In this document: in pieces, positions 1 to 9,394 of the stretch
Layout of the letters: every line of letters begins with the position of its first letter
Position numbering within the stretch: position 1 is the first letter of the stretch
NCBI GenBank assembly: GCA_031371635.1
Contig: JANMJZ010000008.1
Location: 34 to 64,033 of the forward strand
Direction: 5' to 3'
DNA: 64,000 bases
Origin: Sphingomonadales bacterium
Lineage (GTDB): Bacteria; Pseudomonadota; Alphaproteobacteria; Sphingomonadales; Sphingomonadaceae
Made by a program: the position numbers and the translations under genes
Notes under the pieces: generated by a model
What the model saw: the letters and a program-made list of their open reading frames with translations, nothing else
Told to the model about the DNA's origin: nothing
Database searches by the model: none

Positions 1-554
1 TCTTCCGGTCGAACGGCACGCGCCTGCCCGTCGGCGACGCCTATGCCCGCCACATCGCGACCGAATTCCGCGACTGGACGCTCGTCGTCGATGGCCTCGT
101 GGCGAGGCCGCAGATCCTGCCGATCAATCAGGTACGCGCCATGCCCGCCCGCACCCAGATCACGCGTCACGACTGCGTCGAGGGGTGGAGCGCCATTGCC
201 AAATGGACTGGCGTGCCGGTCAAGCTGCTGCTCGACCGCGCCGGAATCCGTCCCGAAGCGCGCTATGTCGTCTTCCATTGCGCCGACGCCAACGACGGGA
301 CGCCCTATTACGAGAGCTTCGACCTGCTCGACGCCTATCACCCGCAGACGATCCTGGCGTGGAACATCAACGACCAGCCGCTGCCGGTGATGAACGGGGC
401 CCCCCTGCGCCTGCGCGTCGAGCGCCAGCTGGGCTACAAACAGGCAAAATACGTCCAGCGGATCGAGGCCGTCGCCAGCCTGAAGGGCATTTACGGCGGC
501 AAGGGTGGCTTTTGGGAGGATGGCGCTGGATACGAGTGGTATGCTGGAGCGTAA
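1..554 (+). CDS. molybdopterin-dependent oxidoreductase (sulfite-oxidase-like Mo-cofactor domain), 5' end outside window
   Basis: Frame 3 is open from the window edge to TAA at 552-554. The translation ...WTLVVDGLVARPQILPINQVRAMP..TRHDCVEGWSAIAKWTGVPVKLLLDRAG..APLRLRVERQLGYKQAKYVQRIE fits the C-x-EGWS Mo-oxidoreductase pattern. The M at 99 in the ORF track is an internal GTG. Confidence 0.8.
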   Translation, partial: FRSNGTRLPVGDAYARHIATEFRDWTLVVDGLVARPQILPINQVRAMPARTQITRHDCVEGWSAIAKWTGVPVKLLLDRAGIRPEARYVVFHCADANDGTPYYESFDLLDAYHPQTILAWNINDQPLPVMNGAPLRLRVERQLGYKQAKYVQRIEAVASLKGIYGGKGGFWEDGAGYEWYAGA

Positions 555-583
555 CCGGTAATCAACCGACTGGAATTGACTGA

Positions 584-1813
584 ATGTCCTTGCTCGACAC
601 GTTTCTTGCCAAGATTGTCCACCATGGCACACTGACCGTCACCGACCACATGGGCAGGATCAGCAAGGTCGGCACGCCGACGGAAGGTTATCCCGATATC
701 GCCATCCGCCTTGCCGATGCGAAAGTTGCGCGTGACATCGCGCTCAAACCCGAACTCGGCGGCGGCGAAGCCTATATGGACCACCGGCTGATCGTCGAGA
801 ACGACGACATCATGGGATTGCTCAACCTGTTGCGTCTCAACAGCCGCTGGGAAGAGGGCAAGGGGATCGAGGATGCGCGCTGGACCAGCCGTGCCTGGGG
901 GAAGGTTGCCGGCAAGCTCGACCGCTGGAACTGGAATGCCAAGTCGAAGCGCAACGTGGCGCATCACTATGACCTCGACGACCGGCTCTACGACCTCTTC
1001 CTCGACGAGAACCGCCAGTATAGCTGCGGCTATTTTACCGACCCGGCCAATTCGCTCGATCAGGCGCAGCGCGACAAGATGGCGCATATTGCGGCGAAGC
1101 TCGCTTTGCGTCCGGGCATGCGCGTGCTCGACATTGGGTCGGGCTGGGGCGGCATGGCGTTCTACCTTCACCAGCATTTCGACGTCGACGTCGTTGGAAT
1201 CACGCTGAGCGAGGAGCAGATCAAATACGCGCGCGCCGACGCAGAGCGGCGTGGCGTGGCTGATCGGGTAAAATTCGAGCTCGTCGATTACCGCGAGGTG
1301 ACCGGCCAGTTCGACCGCATCGTTTCCGTCGGCATGTTCGAACATGTCGGCCCGCCGCATTACCGTGCCTTCTTCCGCAAGTGCCGCGAGCTGCTTACCG
1401 ACGAGGGCGTGATGCTGCTCCACACGATCGGGCGGATGGGCTGGCCGGGCACGACCGACGCCTGGGCGTCGAAGTATATTTTCCCCGGTGGCTATGCCCC
1501 GGCGCTCAGCGAAATCACCGACGGCAGCGAGCGGCAGAACCTGATTCAGACCGACTGCGAGACGTGGCGGCTGCACTATGCCTATACGCTGCGCCATTGG
1601 TATGCGCGGGTCATGGCGAAGCGCGCCGAGATCGAGGCAATCTACGACGCGCGCTTTTTCCGCATGTGGCAATTCTATCTGGCCGGCTGCACCAGCGCCT
1701 TCGAGCATGGTGTGCTGTGCGTATACCAGCTGCAATATGCCAAAGATCGGCGCGTGTTGCCGCTCACCCGCGACTATATGGCGGCGGCCGAGGCAAAGCT
1801 GCGGGCGAGCTAG
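584..1813 (+). CDS. cfa: cyclopropane-fatty-acyl-phospholipid synthase family SAM-dependent methyltransferase
   Basis: 409-aa ORF with YDLDDRLYDLFLDENRQYSCGYF and the SAM motif VLDIGSGWGGMAFYL, both characteristic of CFA/mycolic-acid synthase family enzymes. Confidence 0.85.
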   Translation: MSLLDTFLAKIVHHGTLTVTDHMGRISKVGTPTEGYPDIAIRLADAKVARDIALKPELGGGEAYMDHRLIVENDDIMGLLNLLRLNSRWEEGKGIEDARWTSRAWGKVAGKLDRWNWNAKSKRNVAHHYDLDDRLYDLFLDENRQYSCGYFTDPANSLDQAQRDKMAHIAAKLALRPGMRVLDIGSGWGGMAFYLHQHFDVDVVGITLSEEQIKYARADAERRGVADRVKFELVDYREVTGQFDRIVSVGMFEHVGPPHYRAFFRKCRELLTDEGVMLLHTIGRMGWPGTTDAWASKYIFPGGYAPALSEITDGSERQNLIQTDCETWRLHYAYTLRHWYARVMAKRAEIEAIYDARFFRMWQFYLAGCTSAFEHGVLCVYQLQYAKDRRVLPLTRDYMAAAEAKLRAS

Positions 1814-1837
1814 CCCCTCCCCCGGAGGGGAGAGGCT
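1812..1837. terminator. GC-rich hairpin between convergent genes (possible bidirectional terminator)
   Basis: AGCCCCTCCCC-CGGA-GGGGAGAGGCT forms an 11-bp stem with one mismatch and a 4-nt loop. It lies exactly between the cfa stop (1813) and the EF-hand gene stop (1844). There is no clear U-tract. Confidence 0.4.
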
Positions 1838-1843
1838 AAAGTC

Positions 1844-2476
1844 TCAGCTGATCTTTGCGCGCCAGGCCTCGCGCTGGGCCTTGCGCTCTTGGGGGGTCAG
1901 CTTGCCGTCCTTGTTCGTGTCGGCGGCGTCGAAGCGTTCGAGCGCTTTCTTCACGGCGTCCGCAATGACGATGCCCTTGCCGTCGCCTTCGGCCATGACC
2001 ATGCCATCGCGCCCGCCCATGAACATCATGCGGGTATGTTCGCGCATCATCGGCTTGCCTTCCATGGCCGGGGGCGGCGGAGGCGGGGGAGGCGCTACGC
2101 CATCGGGGCCCGGCGGGGGCGGCGGGGGTGGCGGCATCATGCCGTCGGGGCCGCCGAAGCGCTCGACGCGGACGATCTGCCGGTCGGCGCGCCGTGCCTG
2201 CCAGGCGTCGAACTCGCCACGGCTGATCGACCCGTTCTTGTCGGTGTCCATCGCCGCGAACTGGTCGTCGGCGCGCGCCGCCATGCGCGCCTTGGTGAAC
2301 GCCATCATCTCGTCGCGCGTGACGATCCCGTCCTTGTTGGTATCGAACTTGCCGAGCCGACCCTTGACGCTCGCCTCAATTTCGGCCCGCGTTGCCGGAC
2401 TTTCCACCATTTGCGCGACGGCGGGCAACGTTACGCCTGCTGCCGCCGACACCAATAAGATCTGCCAGATTTTCAT
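1844..2476 (-). CDS. secreted EF-hand calcium-binding protein with two Pro8 tracts
   Basis: Signal peptide MKIWQILLVSAAAGVTLPAVAQ. Three EF-hand loops: DTNKDGIVTRDE, DTDKNGSISRGE, DTNKDGKLTPQE. GGAGAG Shine-Dalgarno just upstream of the ATG at 2476. The ORF-track start at 2509 is probably an upstream extension. Confidence 0.8.
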   Translation of the reverse strand: MKIWQILLVSAAAGVTLPAVAQMVESPATRAEIEASVKGRLGKFDTNKDGIVTRDEMMAFTKARMAARADDQFAAMDTDKNGSISRGEFDAWQARRADRQIVRVERFGGPDGMMPPPPPPPPGPDGVAPPPPPPPPAMEGKPMMREHTRMMFMGGRDGMVMAEGDGKGIVIADAVKKALERFDAADTNKDGKLTPQERKAQREAWRAKIS

Positions 2477-2580
2477 TGCTTCTCTCCAGCCCTGACGAAG
2501 AAACCGCAAGTTTTTCGCTCGTCTTGCATTTACGCAAGTTGAACGGATGCTAGGGTCAGCGAAAGGGGCAAGGGCGGGAC

Positions 2581-3654
2581 GTGACGAGCGGATTGGAAGC
2601 TGCAGGCGACGCCGTGACCGGCATGGTTGTCGGGCGTGCGTTCGAACCGTCGCACGGCGAGGGCCGCGGCGACGCTCACGGTATCTGCCTGAATTGCGGT
2701 TCCTCCTTCGTCGGAAATCATTGCAACCAGTGCGGACAGGCTGCGCATGTCCATCGTTCGCTCATGTCGATCGGGCACGACATCCTGCACGGCGTCTTTC
2801 ATTTCGAGGGCAAGATCTGGCGCACCCTGCCGTTGCTGGCGTGGCGTCCGGGCGATCTGACCCGGCGCTATATTCATGGCGAACGCGCGAAGTTCGTCTC
2901 GCCGCTCGCGCTGTTCCTGTTTTGCGTCTTCCTGATGTTTGCGGTGGTCGACAGCCTTGCAGGCGAGGCGCGCATGCCCACCGATACCGTGCAGCTTCAC
3001 CTTAAGGGGAAGCCGCTTGCCGATCTGGACCGGGGCCTGAACGACCAGCGCGCGATCAAAGCCCGGCTCGACGCGCAGATCAAGGCGGCGAAAGCGGCCG
3101 GTACCGTCGCCGACGCACTTGAACGGCAACGCGACGCCGTTGAAACGGAAATCGACTATATCGAGACCGCACGCGACGTCCTGAACGGCAAGAAATGGAC
3201 GGTAACCGACCTCAAGACAGGCGTACCCAAGATCGACGAAGCCATCGGCAAAGCCAACGAAAACCCGAACCTGTTTCTCTACAAGCTGCAATCCAGCGCC
3301 TATAAATACAGCTGGGCGCTGATCCCGCTGTCGACGCCGTTCATCTGGCTGCTCTATGCATGGCGGCGGAAGTTCAAGGTGTACGACCACGCCATTTTCG
3401 TGATCTATTCGCTTTCGTTCATGCTGCTGCTGGTCGCCACGCTCTCGGCCTTGGGCTATGTCGGCATAGGTGAGCCGTTCGTGCCGCTGCTGGCCGTGTT
3501 CGTGCCGCCGCTGCACACCTACCGGCAGCTGCGCGGTGCCTATGGCAGCAGCCGCATCGGCGCCCTGCTGCGGACCGTGCTGATCATGATTTTCGGCGTC
3601 ATCGTGCTGACGCTGTTCACGCTCCTGCTCGTCGCGCGGGGCATGATGGGCTGA
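2581..3654 (+). CDS. membrane protein with N-terminal double-CxxC zinc-ribbon (DUF3667-like)
   Basis: CLNCGSSFVGNHCNQCGQ near the N-terminus, followed by several hydrophobic helices. The start is uncertain (GTG 2581 or ATG 2623). Confidence 0.7.
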   Translation: MTSGLEAAGDAVTGMVVGRAFEPSHGEGRGDAHGICLNCGSSFVGNHCNQCGQAAHVHRSLMSIGHDILHGVFHFEGKIWRTLPLLAWRPGDLTRRYIHGERAKFVSPLALFLFCVFLMFAVVDSLAGEARMPTDTVQLHLKGKPLADLDRGLNDQRAIKARLDAQIKAAKAAGTVADALERQRDAVETEIDYIETARDVLNGKKWTVTDLKTGVPKIDEAIGKANENPNLFLYKLQSSAYKYSWALIPLSTPFIWLLYAWRRKFKVYDHAIFVIYSLSFMLLLVATLSALGYVGIGEPFVPLLAVFVPPLHTYRQLRGAYGSSRIGALLRTVLIMIFGVIVLTLFTLLLVARGMMG

Positions 3655-3660
3655 CGGGGA

Positions 3661-4062
3661 TCAGACCTTGGCCGCCAACGCCACGACGGCCAGTTCCTCG
3701 AGTACCCTCAGATCGACGTCGGCCAGACGCTTCAGGTAAAGGCACCCCTTGCCCGTCGTATGCTTGCCGAGCCGGGCAAGAATATCGGCATGGTCCTGTA
3801 CGCTCATCCCGTAGACGACGGTCTTTCCCTTGCGCGGGCTGAACCCGACGCGACAGATTTCGCCTTCGCGACCGGAATCATAGCGGTAGCGGTGCGTGCC
3901 GAAGCCGATGATCGACGGCCCCCACATTTTCGGCGGCTCGCCGGACGCGCGGGCCAGCACCTCGATCAGCGCGGCCGCATCGGCCTGCTGCCCCGCATCG
4001 GCAATGCCATTAACGAACGCGACGACATCGGCGCCCGTTTCGACAGTCTTGTTCGCAGCCAT
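3661..4062 (-). CDS. DUF1801 (YdhG-like) domain protein
   Basis: 133-aa ORF. The pattern ...[41 protein letters not shown] is typical of the YdhG/DUF1801 fold. Confidence 0.7.
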   Translation of the reverse strand: MAANKTVETGADVVAFVNGIADAGQQADAAALIEVLARASGEPPKMWGPSIIGFGTHRYRYDSGREGEICRVGFSPRKGKTVVYGMSVQDHADILARLGKHTTGKGCLYLKRLADVDLRVLEELAVVALAAKV

Positions 4063-4120
4063 CCTTTCCTCCCCGAGTCGGCGACCCTATGAGGCGACCA
4101 CGAATCACGGGAGTTGCCAA

Positions 4121-5350
4121 GTGCCGGGGACCGACAAAACCAACATCAACCGGGTCGTGCTGGCCTATTCGGGAGGCCTCGACACGAGCGTCATCCTGAA
4201 ATGGCTGCAGCAGACCTATGGCTGCGAGGTCGTCACCTTCACCGCCGACCTGGGGCAGGGCGAGGAGCTGGAGCCCGCGCGGGCCAAGGCGCAGCTGATG
4301 GGCGTCAAACCCGAGCATATCTTCATCGATGACCTGCGCGAGGAATTCGTGCGCGACTATGTCTTCCCGATGATGCGCGCCAATGCGCTGTACGAGGGGC
4401 TGTACCTGCTCGGCACCAGCATCGCGCGCCCTCTGATCGCCAAGCGCCAGATCGAGATCGCGAAGATGGTCGGTGCCGACGCCGTCAGCCATGGCGCGAC
4501 CGGCAAGGGCAATGACCAGGTCCGCTTCGAACTCGGCTATTACGCGCTGTCGCCCGATATCAAGATCATCGCGCCGTGGCGCGAGTGGGACCTGACCAGC
4601 CGGACCGCGCTGATCGCCTTTGCCGAGCAGCATCAGATCCCGGTCCCCAAGGACAAGCGCGGCGAAAGCCCGTTTTCGACCGACGCCAACATGCTCCACA
4701 CCTCGTCCGAGGGTAAAGTGCTCGAGGACCCGTGGGACGAAGTGCCCGACTATGTGTATTCGCGCACCGTCAATCCGGAGGACGCGCCCGACACGCCCGA
4801 GGTCATCACCGTCGATTTCGAGCGCGGCGACGCGGTGGCGATCAACGGCGAGGGGATGTCGCCGGCGACTCTGCTGGAAGCGCTCAACGAATACGGGCGC
4901 CGCCACGGGATCGGCCGGCTCGATCTGGTCGAGAACCGCTTCGTCGGGATGAAGTCGCGCGGCATGTACGAGACACCGGGCGGCACGATCCTGCACCTTG
5001 CTCACCGGGGCATCGAACAGCTGACGCTCGACCGCGGCGCCGCGCACCTGAAGGACGAGCTCGCCCCACGCTATGCCGAGCTCATCTACAACGGGTTCTG
5101 GTTCTCGCCCGAGCGCGAGATGCTGCAGGCCGCCATCGACCATAGCCAGGCCAAGGTCAGCGGCACGGTGCGGCTCAAGCTCTACAAGGGCAGCGTGATC
5201 GTAACAGGCCGCAAGTCGCCCAACTCTCTCTACAGCGAGAAGGTCGTGACGTTCGAGGACGACGCCGGCGCCTATGACCAGCGCGACGCCGAGGGATTTA
5301 TCAAGCTCAATGCGCTAAGGCTGAGGTTGCTGGGGCGGCGCGACCGCTGA
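4121..5350 (+). CDS. argG: argininosuccinate synthase
   Basis: The GTG at 4121 gives a 409-aa protein beginning ..[21 protein letters not shown] (ATP-PPase motif) and continuing in an ArgG-like way to the end. The ORF-track start at 3896 is an unlikely 75-aa extension that would overlap the divergent gene. Confidence 0.95.
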   Translation: MPGTDKTNINRVVLAYSGGLDTSVILKWLQQTYGCEVVTFTADLGQGEELEPARAKAQLMGVKPEHIFIDDLREEFVRDYVFPMMRANALYEGLYLLGTSIARPLIAKRQIEIAKMVGADAVSHGATGKGNDQVRFELGYYALSPDIKIIAPWREWDLTSRTALIAFAEQHQIPVPKDKRGESPFSTDANMLHTSSEGKVLEDPWDEVPDYVYSRTVNPEDAPDTPEVITVDFERGDAVAINGEGMSPATLLEALNEYGRRHGIGRLDLVENRFVGMKSRGMYETPGGTILHLAHRGIEQLTLDRGAAHLKDELAPRYAELIYNGFWFSPEREMLQAAIDHSQAKVSGTVRLKLYKGSVIVTGRKSPNSLYSEKVVTFEDDAGAYDQRDAEGFIKLNALRLRLLGRRDR

Positions 5351-5364
5351 CGCGGAGCGACATC

Positions 5365-6879
5365 TTGGGGCAAAGCAATACCGAATGGTGGAACCGGCGC
5401 AGCGTGCTCGTCGCCTGCGTATTGCTGGCGCTCGTACCCCTGATTTTCCCCACAATTCCGCCGCTGGTCGACTTGCCTGGCCATATGGGGCGTTACGCCG
5501 TCCAGCTCGAGCCGGCGCATTTTGCGCCATGGTATGCCTTTCACTGGAAGCTGATCGGCAATCTCGGTGTCGATCTGGCGATGGAGCCCATGGGCCGCCT
5601 GTTCGGCATCGAACTTGGCGTCAAGCTGATCGTCATGGCGATTCCCGCGCTGGCCGTCGCCGGCTTGCTGTGGATCGCGCGTGAAGTTCACGGGGGCGTG
5701 CCGCCGACGGCCTATTTTGCCTTGCCCCTGATGTGGGGACATCCGTTCATCTTTGGTTTCGTGAACTTCTCGCTGGCGATGGCGCTCGCGCTTCTCGGCT
5801 TCGCCTTGTGGCTGCGGATGGCGCGACTCGGCCGCTCGCGGTGGCGTCCCTATGTGTTTCTGCCGCTGGCCTGCGTCGTGTGGACCGCCCACACTTTTGG
5901 CTGGGGATTGCTGGGACTGCTTTGTTTCTCTGCCGAACTGGTGCGCCAGCGCGACCTGGGCAAGGGCTGGACGGCCGCACCCCTGCACGCTGCGCTGGCC
6001 TGCCTGCCGATGGCGCTGCCGCTGGTCCCGATGCTTTTGTGGCGTTCCAACGCGACCGACATGACGGGGGACTGGTTTGATTGGGGCACCAAGGCCCTGT
6101 GGCTCCTGACAACGCTTAGGGATCGCTGGCGCGGATTCGACGTCGCCTCGCTGGCCGTCGTCGCCGGCATCATCTTCGTCGCGTTGCGCAGTCCGTCACT
6201 GACATTTTCGCGCAATCTGGCCGTGAGCGCGCTCGTCCTCGTCGCCGTCTACATTCTTTTGCCGCGGATCATCTTCGGATCGGCCTATGCGGACATGCGG
6301 CTGACGCCTTATCTGTTCGCGATCGCGATCGTTGCGATCAGGCAGAGGCCGACGGCGCCCCCGAAAATGCTGGGTATCGTGGCTGTCGTCGGCCTGGCGT
6401 TCTTCGGCACGAGGATTGCCGCCCATACCGCAAGCATGGGACTGGCGTGGTTGCGTTACGACCGCGCTCTGGCCGCACTCGACTATCTGCCGCGGGGGGC
6501 CCGCGTCGCCGCCTTCACTCGGCGGACCTGCGGGCTCGAATGGTCGACCAACCGGATGGAGCATTTGCCGGCGCTGGCTATCGTGCGGCGTCAGGGCTTT
6601 TCGAACGATCAATGGGATGTGTCCGGGGCCAATCTCATGACGATCACCAAAGCCGACGCGCCCGGCTTCGCCGTCGATCCTTCGCAGTTGCTCGTCGCAC
6701 GGCGTTGCGGTGGGGGCGCGCCGTGGAGGACCACTGACGAAGTCCTCGCGGCGTTGCCGCACGCGGCATTCGACTATGTCTGGCTGATCGACCCACCGTC
6801 ATACGACGCCCGGCGAACGGCGCGCATAACCCCCGTCTGGCGCGACGGTAATGACGTGCTTTTCCGGATCGAGCGGTGA
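5365..6879 (+). CDS. polytopic membrane protein with C-terminal soluble domain, unassigned family (candidate GT-C-like glycosyltransferase), paralogue 1
   Basis: 504-aa ORF (TTG start) with many hydrophobic helices followed by a ~150-aa hydrophilic C-terminus. It is a clear paralogue of the next ORF. Its stop overlaps the next start (GTGA 6876-6879). Confidence 0.8.
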   Translation: MGQSNTEWWNRRSVLVACVLLALVPLIFPTIPPLVDLPGHMGRYAVQLEPAHFAPWYAFHWKLIGNLGVDLAMEPMGRLFGIELGVKLIVMAIPALAVAGLLWIAREVHGGVPPTAYFALPLMWGHPFIFGFVNFSLAMALALLGFALWLRMARLGRSRWRPYVFLPLACVVWTAHTFGWGLLGLLCFSAELVRQRDLGKGWTAAPLHAALACLPMALPLVPMLLWRSNATDMTGDWFDWGTKALWLLTTLRDRWRGFDVASLAVVAGIIFVALRSPSLTFSRNLAVSALVLVAVYILLPRIIFGSAYADMRLTPYLFAIAIVAIRQRPTAPPKMLGIVAVVGLAFFGTRIAAHTASMGLAWLRYDRALAALDYLPRGARVAAFTRRTCGLEWSTNRMEHLPALAIVRRQGFSNDQWDVSGANLMTITKADAPGFAVDPSQLLVARRCGGGAPWRTTDEVLAALPHAAFDYVWLIDPPSYDARRTARITPVWRDGNDVLFRIER

Positions 6880-8363
6880 CTCTCTGGTGGAGTAGCCGCC
6901 GGGCAGTATCGCTCGCAGCGGTGGCCGCAACGATCCCGCTATGGTTCGTGCAACTGCCGCCGCTGATCGACTTGCTGGGTCATATCGGCCGCTATCACAT
7001 ACAGTTAAGTATCGGTGCCAACCCGGCACTTGCAGCAAACTGGGCGTTTCGCTGGCACTGGCTGGGCAATCTCGGCGGCGACCTGCTTATGGAGCCACTC
7101 GGCCGGCTGTTCGGCGTAGAGCGCGGTGCGATCATCCTGGCCGGGCTGATCCTTTTGGTGATGATCTCCGGCATGGCGCGGCTGGGGCAAGCCGCGCACG
7201 GCAGCCTGCAGGCGACGGCCTGGGCTGCGTTCCCCTTCGCCATGGCCTATCCCTGGCACTATGGCCTGGTAAACTATTGGCTGGGTGTCGGACTGGCCTT
7301 TCATGCGGCTGCCTGGGTCTGGCCGATGGCGACGAACTGGCGACGCACCGTCGTGCTCGGCCTGCTCTCGCTGCTGCTTTGGACTGCCCATATCTATGGC
7401 TGGGCGGTCTTCGCCGTGCTGGTCTGCGCGCGGGCCATCACTCAGATAACCCGTGACACATGGATGCTCGTGCCGCTCCGGCTGAGCACCCTTGCCTTCC
7501 CCTTGGTACCCATGCTGGCGCTCGGCTATGGCGAGCGGGGATCGCAAGAGACCTATGGCTGGTTCATGTGGTCGCGAAAGCTCGACGCGCTGCACTTTAC
7601 GCTGCGCGATCAGTGGGAAGTTCTCGACACCGCCACGCTCATCGGCGCGCTTGGGCTGCTCTGCTGGGGACTATGGTCGCGCTTCCTTCGGTTCGACCGG
7701 GGTCTCGCAATTGCCGCAACGGTCCTGCTGCTGGCCGTGGCTATCCTGCCCTACCAGCTGCTCGGTTCGGCCTTTGCCGATGGCCGATTATTGGCGGTCG
7801 TCTTTGCCGTGGCCCTTTTGGCATTGTCACCGCGTGATGACGCGCCTGCGGCTGTGGCGTCCGGGATTGCAGCCGGTGCGGCGGCAGTATTCGCCATTCG
7901 AATAGCCGTGACGACGATCGGCTTCCAGGGCTATGACGCGGACTACCGGCGCCATCTTGAGGCTCTTGGCCATGTGAACCGAGGCAGCAAGATTGCGGTC
8001 TTGCTCGAATTTCCCTGCGAGGTCAGCTGGCGGCGGCCGCGCCTCGACCACCTCGACAGCCTGGCGATCGTTCGCCGCGATGCCTTCACCAATGGTCAGT
8101 GGGATGTCCCCGGTGCGCAACTGCTGACGCCGCTGGGTGCTGTGCGCACGCGATTCAACGCCGATCCCTCGCAACTCGTGCGGCGGCCCGATTGTCCAAG
8201 GGACCTGCGCCCGCAACTGGCGTATAAGATTGCCATTTTGCCCCGCGACCGTTTCGACTATGTCTGGGTCATCGGGTTCGCCCCCGTCTCGCTTCCGCGC
8301 TATGCGGGCCTGACGCCTTTGTTTGCGGATGACCGGACCGTCCTCTACCGGATCGAGAAATGA
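6876..8363 (+). CDS. polytopic membrane protein with C-terminal soluble domain, unassigned family (candidate GT-C-like glycosyltransferase), paralogue 2
   Basis: 495-aa ORF that shares PPLIDLLGHIGRY, GNLGGDLLMEPLGRLFG, WTAHIYGW, LRDQW, FDYVWVI and LYRIEK blocks with the preceding ORF. An ATGA overlap (8360-8363) links it to the downstream GT2 gene. Confidence 0.8.
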   Translation: MTLWWSSRRAVSLAAVAATIPLWFVQLPPLIDLLGHIGRYHIQLSIGANPALAANWAFRWHWLGNLGGDLLMEPLGRLFGVERGAIILAGLILLVMISGMARLGQAAHGSLQATAWAAFPFAMAYPWHYGLVNYWLGVGLAFHAAAWVWPMATNWRRTVVLGLLSLLLWTAHIYGWAVFAVLVCARAITQITRDTWMLVPLRLSTLAFPLVPMLALGYGERGSQETYGWFMWSRKLDALHFTLRDQWEVLDTATLIGALGLLCWGLWSRFLRFDRGLAIAATVLLLAVAILPYQLLGSAFADGRLLAVVFAVALLALSPRDDAPAAVASGIAAGAAAVFAIRIAVTTIGFQGYDADYRRHLEALGHVNRGSKIAVLLEFPCEVSWRRPRLDHLDSLAIVRRDAFTNGQWDVPGAQLLTPLGAVRTRFNADPSQLVRRPDCPRDLRPQLAYKIAILPRDRFDYVWVIGFAPVSLPRYAGLTPLFADDRTVLYRIEK

Positions 8364-9394
8364 GCGCCCCGAAACTTTCCCTCGTCGTCCCCTGCTTTAA
8401 CGAGGCTGCCTGCCTTGCCATGCTGCACATGCGGCTTGGTTCTGCCGCACAGGCGGTTGTGGGCGACGATTACGAGATCGTGCTGATCAACGACGGCTCG
8501 CGCGACGCGAGCTGGCCGATCATGGCGAGCCTTGCCGAAAACGACCCGCACCTTGTGGCGCTCGACCTGTCGCGCAATCACGGGCACCAGCTCGCGCTTA
8601 CGGCCGGCCTCGACCTGTGCAGGGGCGACTTCATCTTCATCGTCGATGCCGATCTGCAGGACCCGCCCGAACTGCTGGGGCCGATGATGGAAACAATGAC
8701 GCGCGAGGGCGCCGATGTCGTCTATGGCGTCCGCACCGAACGCGCAGGCGAAACCGCATTCAAAAAGGCGACGGCAGCTGCCTTCTATCGGCTTCTGAAA
8801 AGCGCAACCGACGTCGACATCCCGCTCGACTCGGGTGATTTTCGGCTGATGACGCGTCGCGCCCTGTCGGTATTCCTCGCCATGCCCGAACAGGCACGAT
8901 TCGTACGCGGTATGGTCGCCTGGGGCGGATTCCGGCAGGTGCCCTTTGCCTATAGCCGCGAAGCGCGCTTTGCCGGCGAGACGAAATATCCCCTGTCGAA
9001 AATGATCCGTTTCGCACTCGACGCGCTGACCGGCTTTTCCACTGCACCCTTGCGGCTGGCCAGCCATGCCGGGCTGTGGCTGGCAGCAGGATCGGTGCTG
9101 CTCGTCGTCTATATTTTCGGGTCCTGGATGGCGGGGAAAGCGATTGCTGGCTGGACATCGCTGATGCTGGTGGTGGTCGTGCTCGGCGCGATCCAGATGT
9201 TCGTGCTGGGCATGATCGGCGAATATATCGGGCGGCTCTATACCCAGGCCAAGAACCGGCCGTTGTACATCGTCCAGAACATTGCAGGCGGCAGCGTCAG
9301 CAGGGCGACATTGGGCATCGACGCTTCGACCCCGACCGGTCTACCCCCCGTAGGTCCACCGCCGGTGCATCCAGAAAGTGGCAAGCGGGGTTAG
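8360..9394 (+). CDS. GT2-family polyprenyl-phosphate glycosyltransferase (GtrB/ArnC/DPM1-like)
   Basis: LSLVVPCFNEA, INDGSRD, VDADLQDPPE (the DxD region), and two C-terminal TM helices ending ..GMIGEYIGRLY. This is the classic bactoprenol-phosphate sugar transferase layout. Confidence 0.85.
   Translation: MSAPKLSLVVPCFNEAACLAMLHMRLGSAAQAVVGDDYEIVLINDGSRDASWPIMASLAENDPHLVALDLSRNHGHQLALTAGLDLCRGDFIFIVDADLQDPPELLGPMMETMTREGADVVYGVRTERAGETAFKKATAAAFYRLLKSATDVDIPLDSGDFRLMTRRALSVFLAMPEQARFVRGMVAWGGFRQVPFAYSREARFAGETKYPLSKMIRFALDALTGFSTAPLRLASHAGLWLAAGSVLLVVYIFGSWMAGKAIAGWTSLMLVVVVLGAIQMFVLGMIGEYIGRLYTQAKNRPLYIVQNIAGGSVSRATLGIDASTPTGLPPVGPPPVHPESGKRG

Noticed and set aside
2060-2140. GC-rich short repeats (GGCGG/GGGGG units) considered as a non-coding tandem repeat or VNTR
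   Set aside because: They are the antisense of in-frame CCN proline codons within the EF-hand protein gene, so this is a coding low-complexity tract rather than an intergenic repeat.
3896-4120. 75-codon N-terminal extension of the argG ORF in the track
   Set aside because: The extension is Ala/Ser/Pro-rich and overlaps the divergent DUF1801-like gene. The GTG at 4121 gives the canonical ArgG N-terminus and length.
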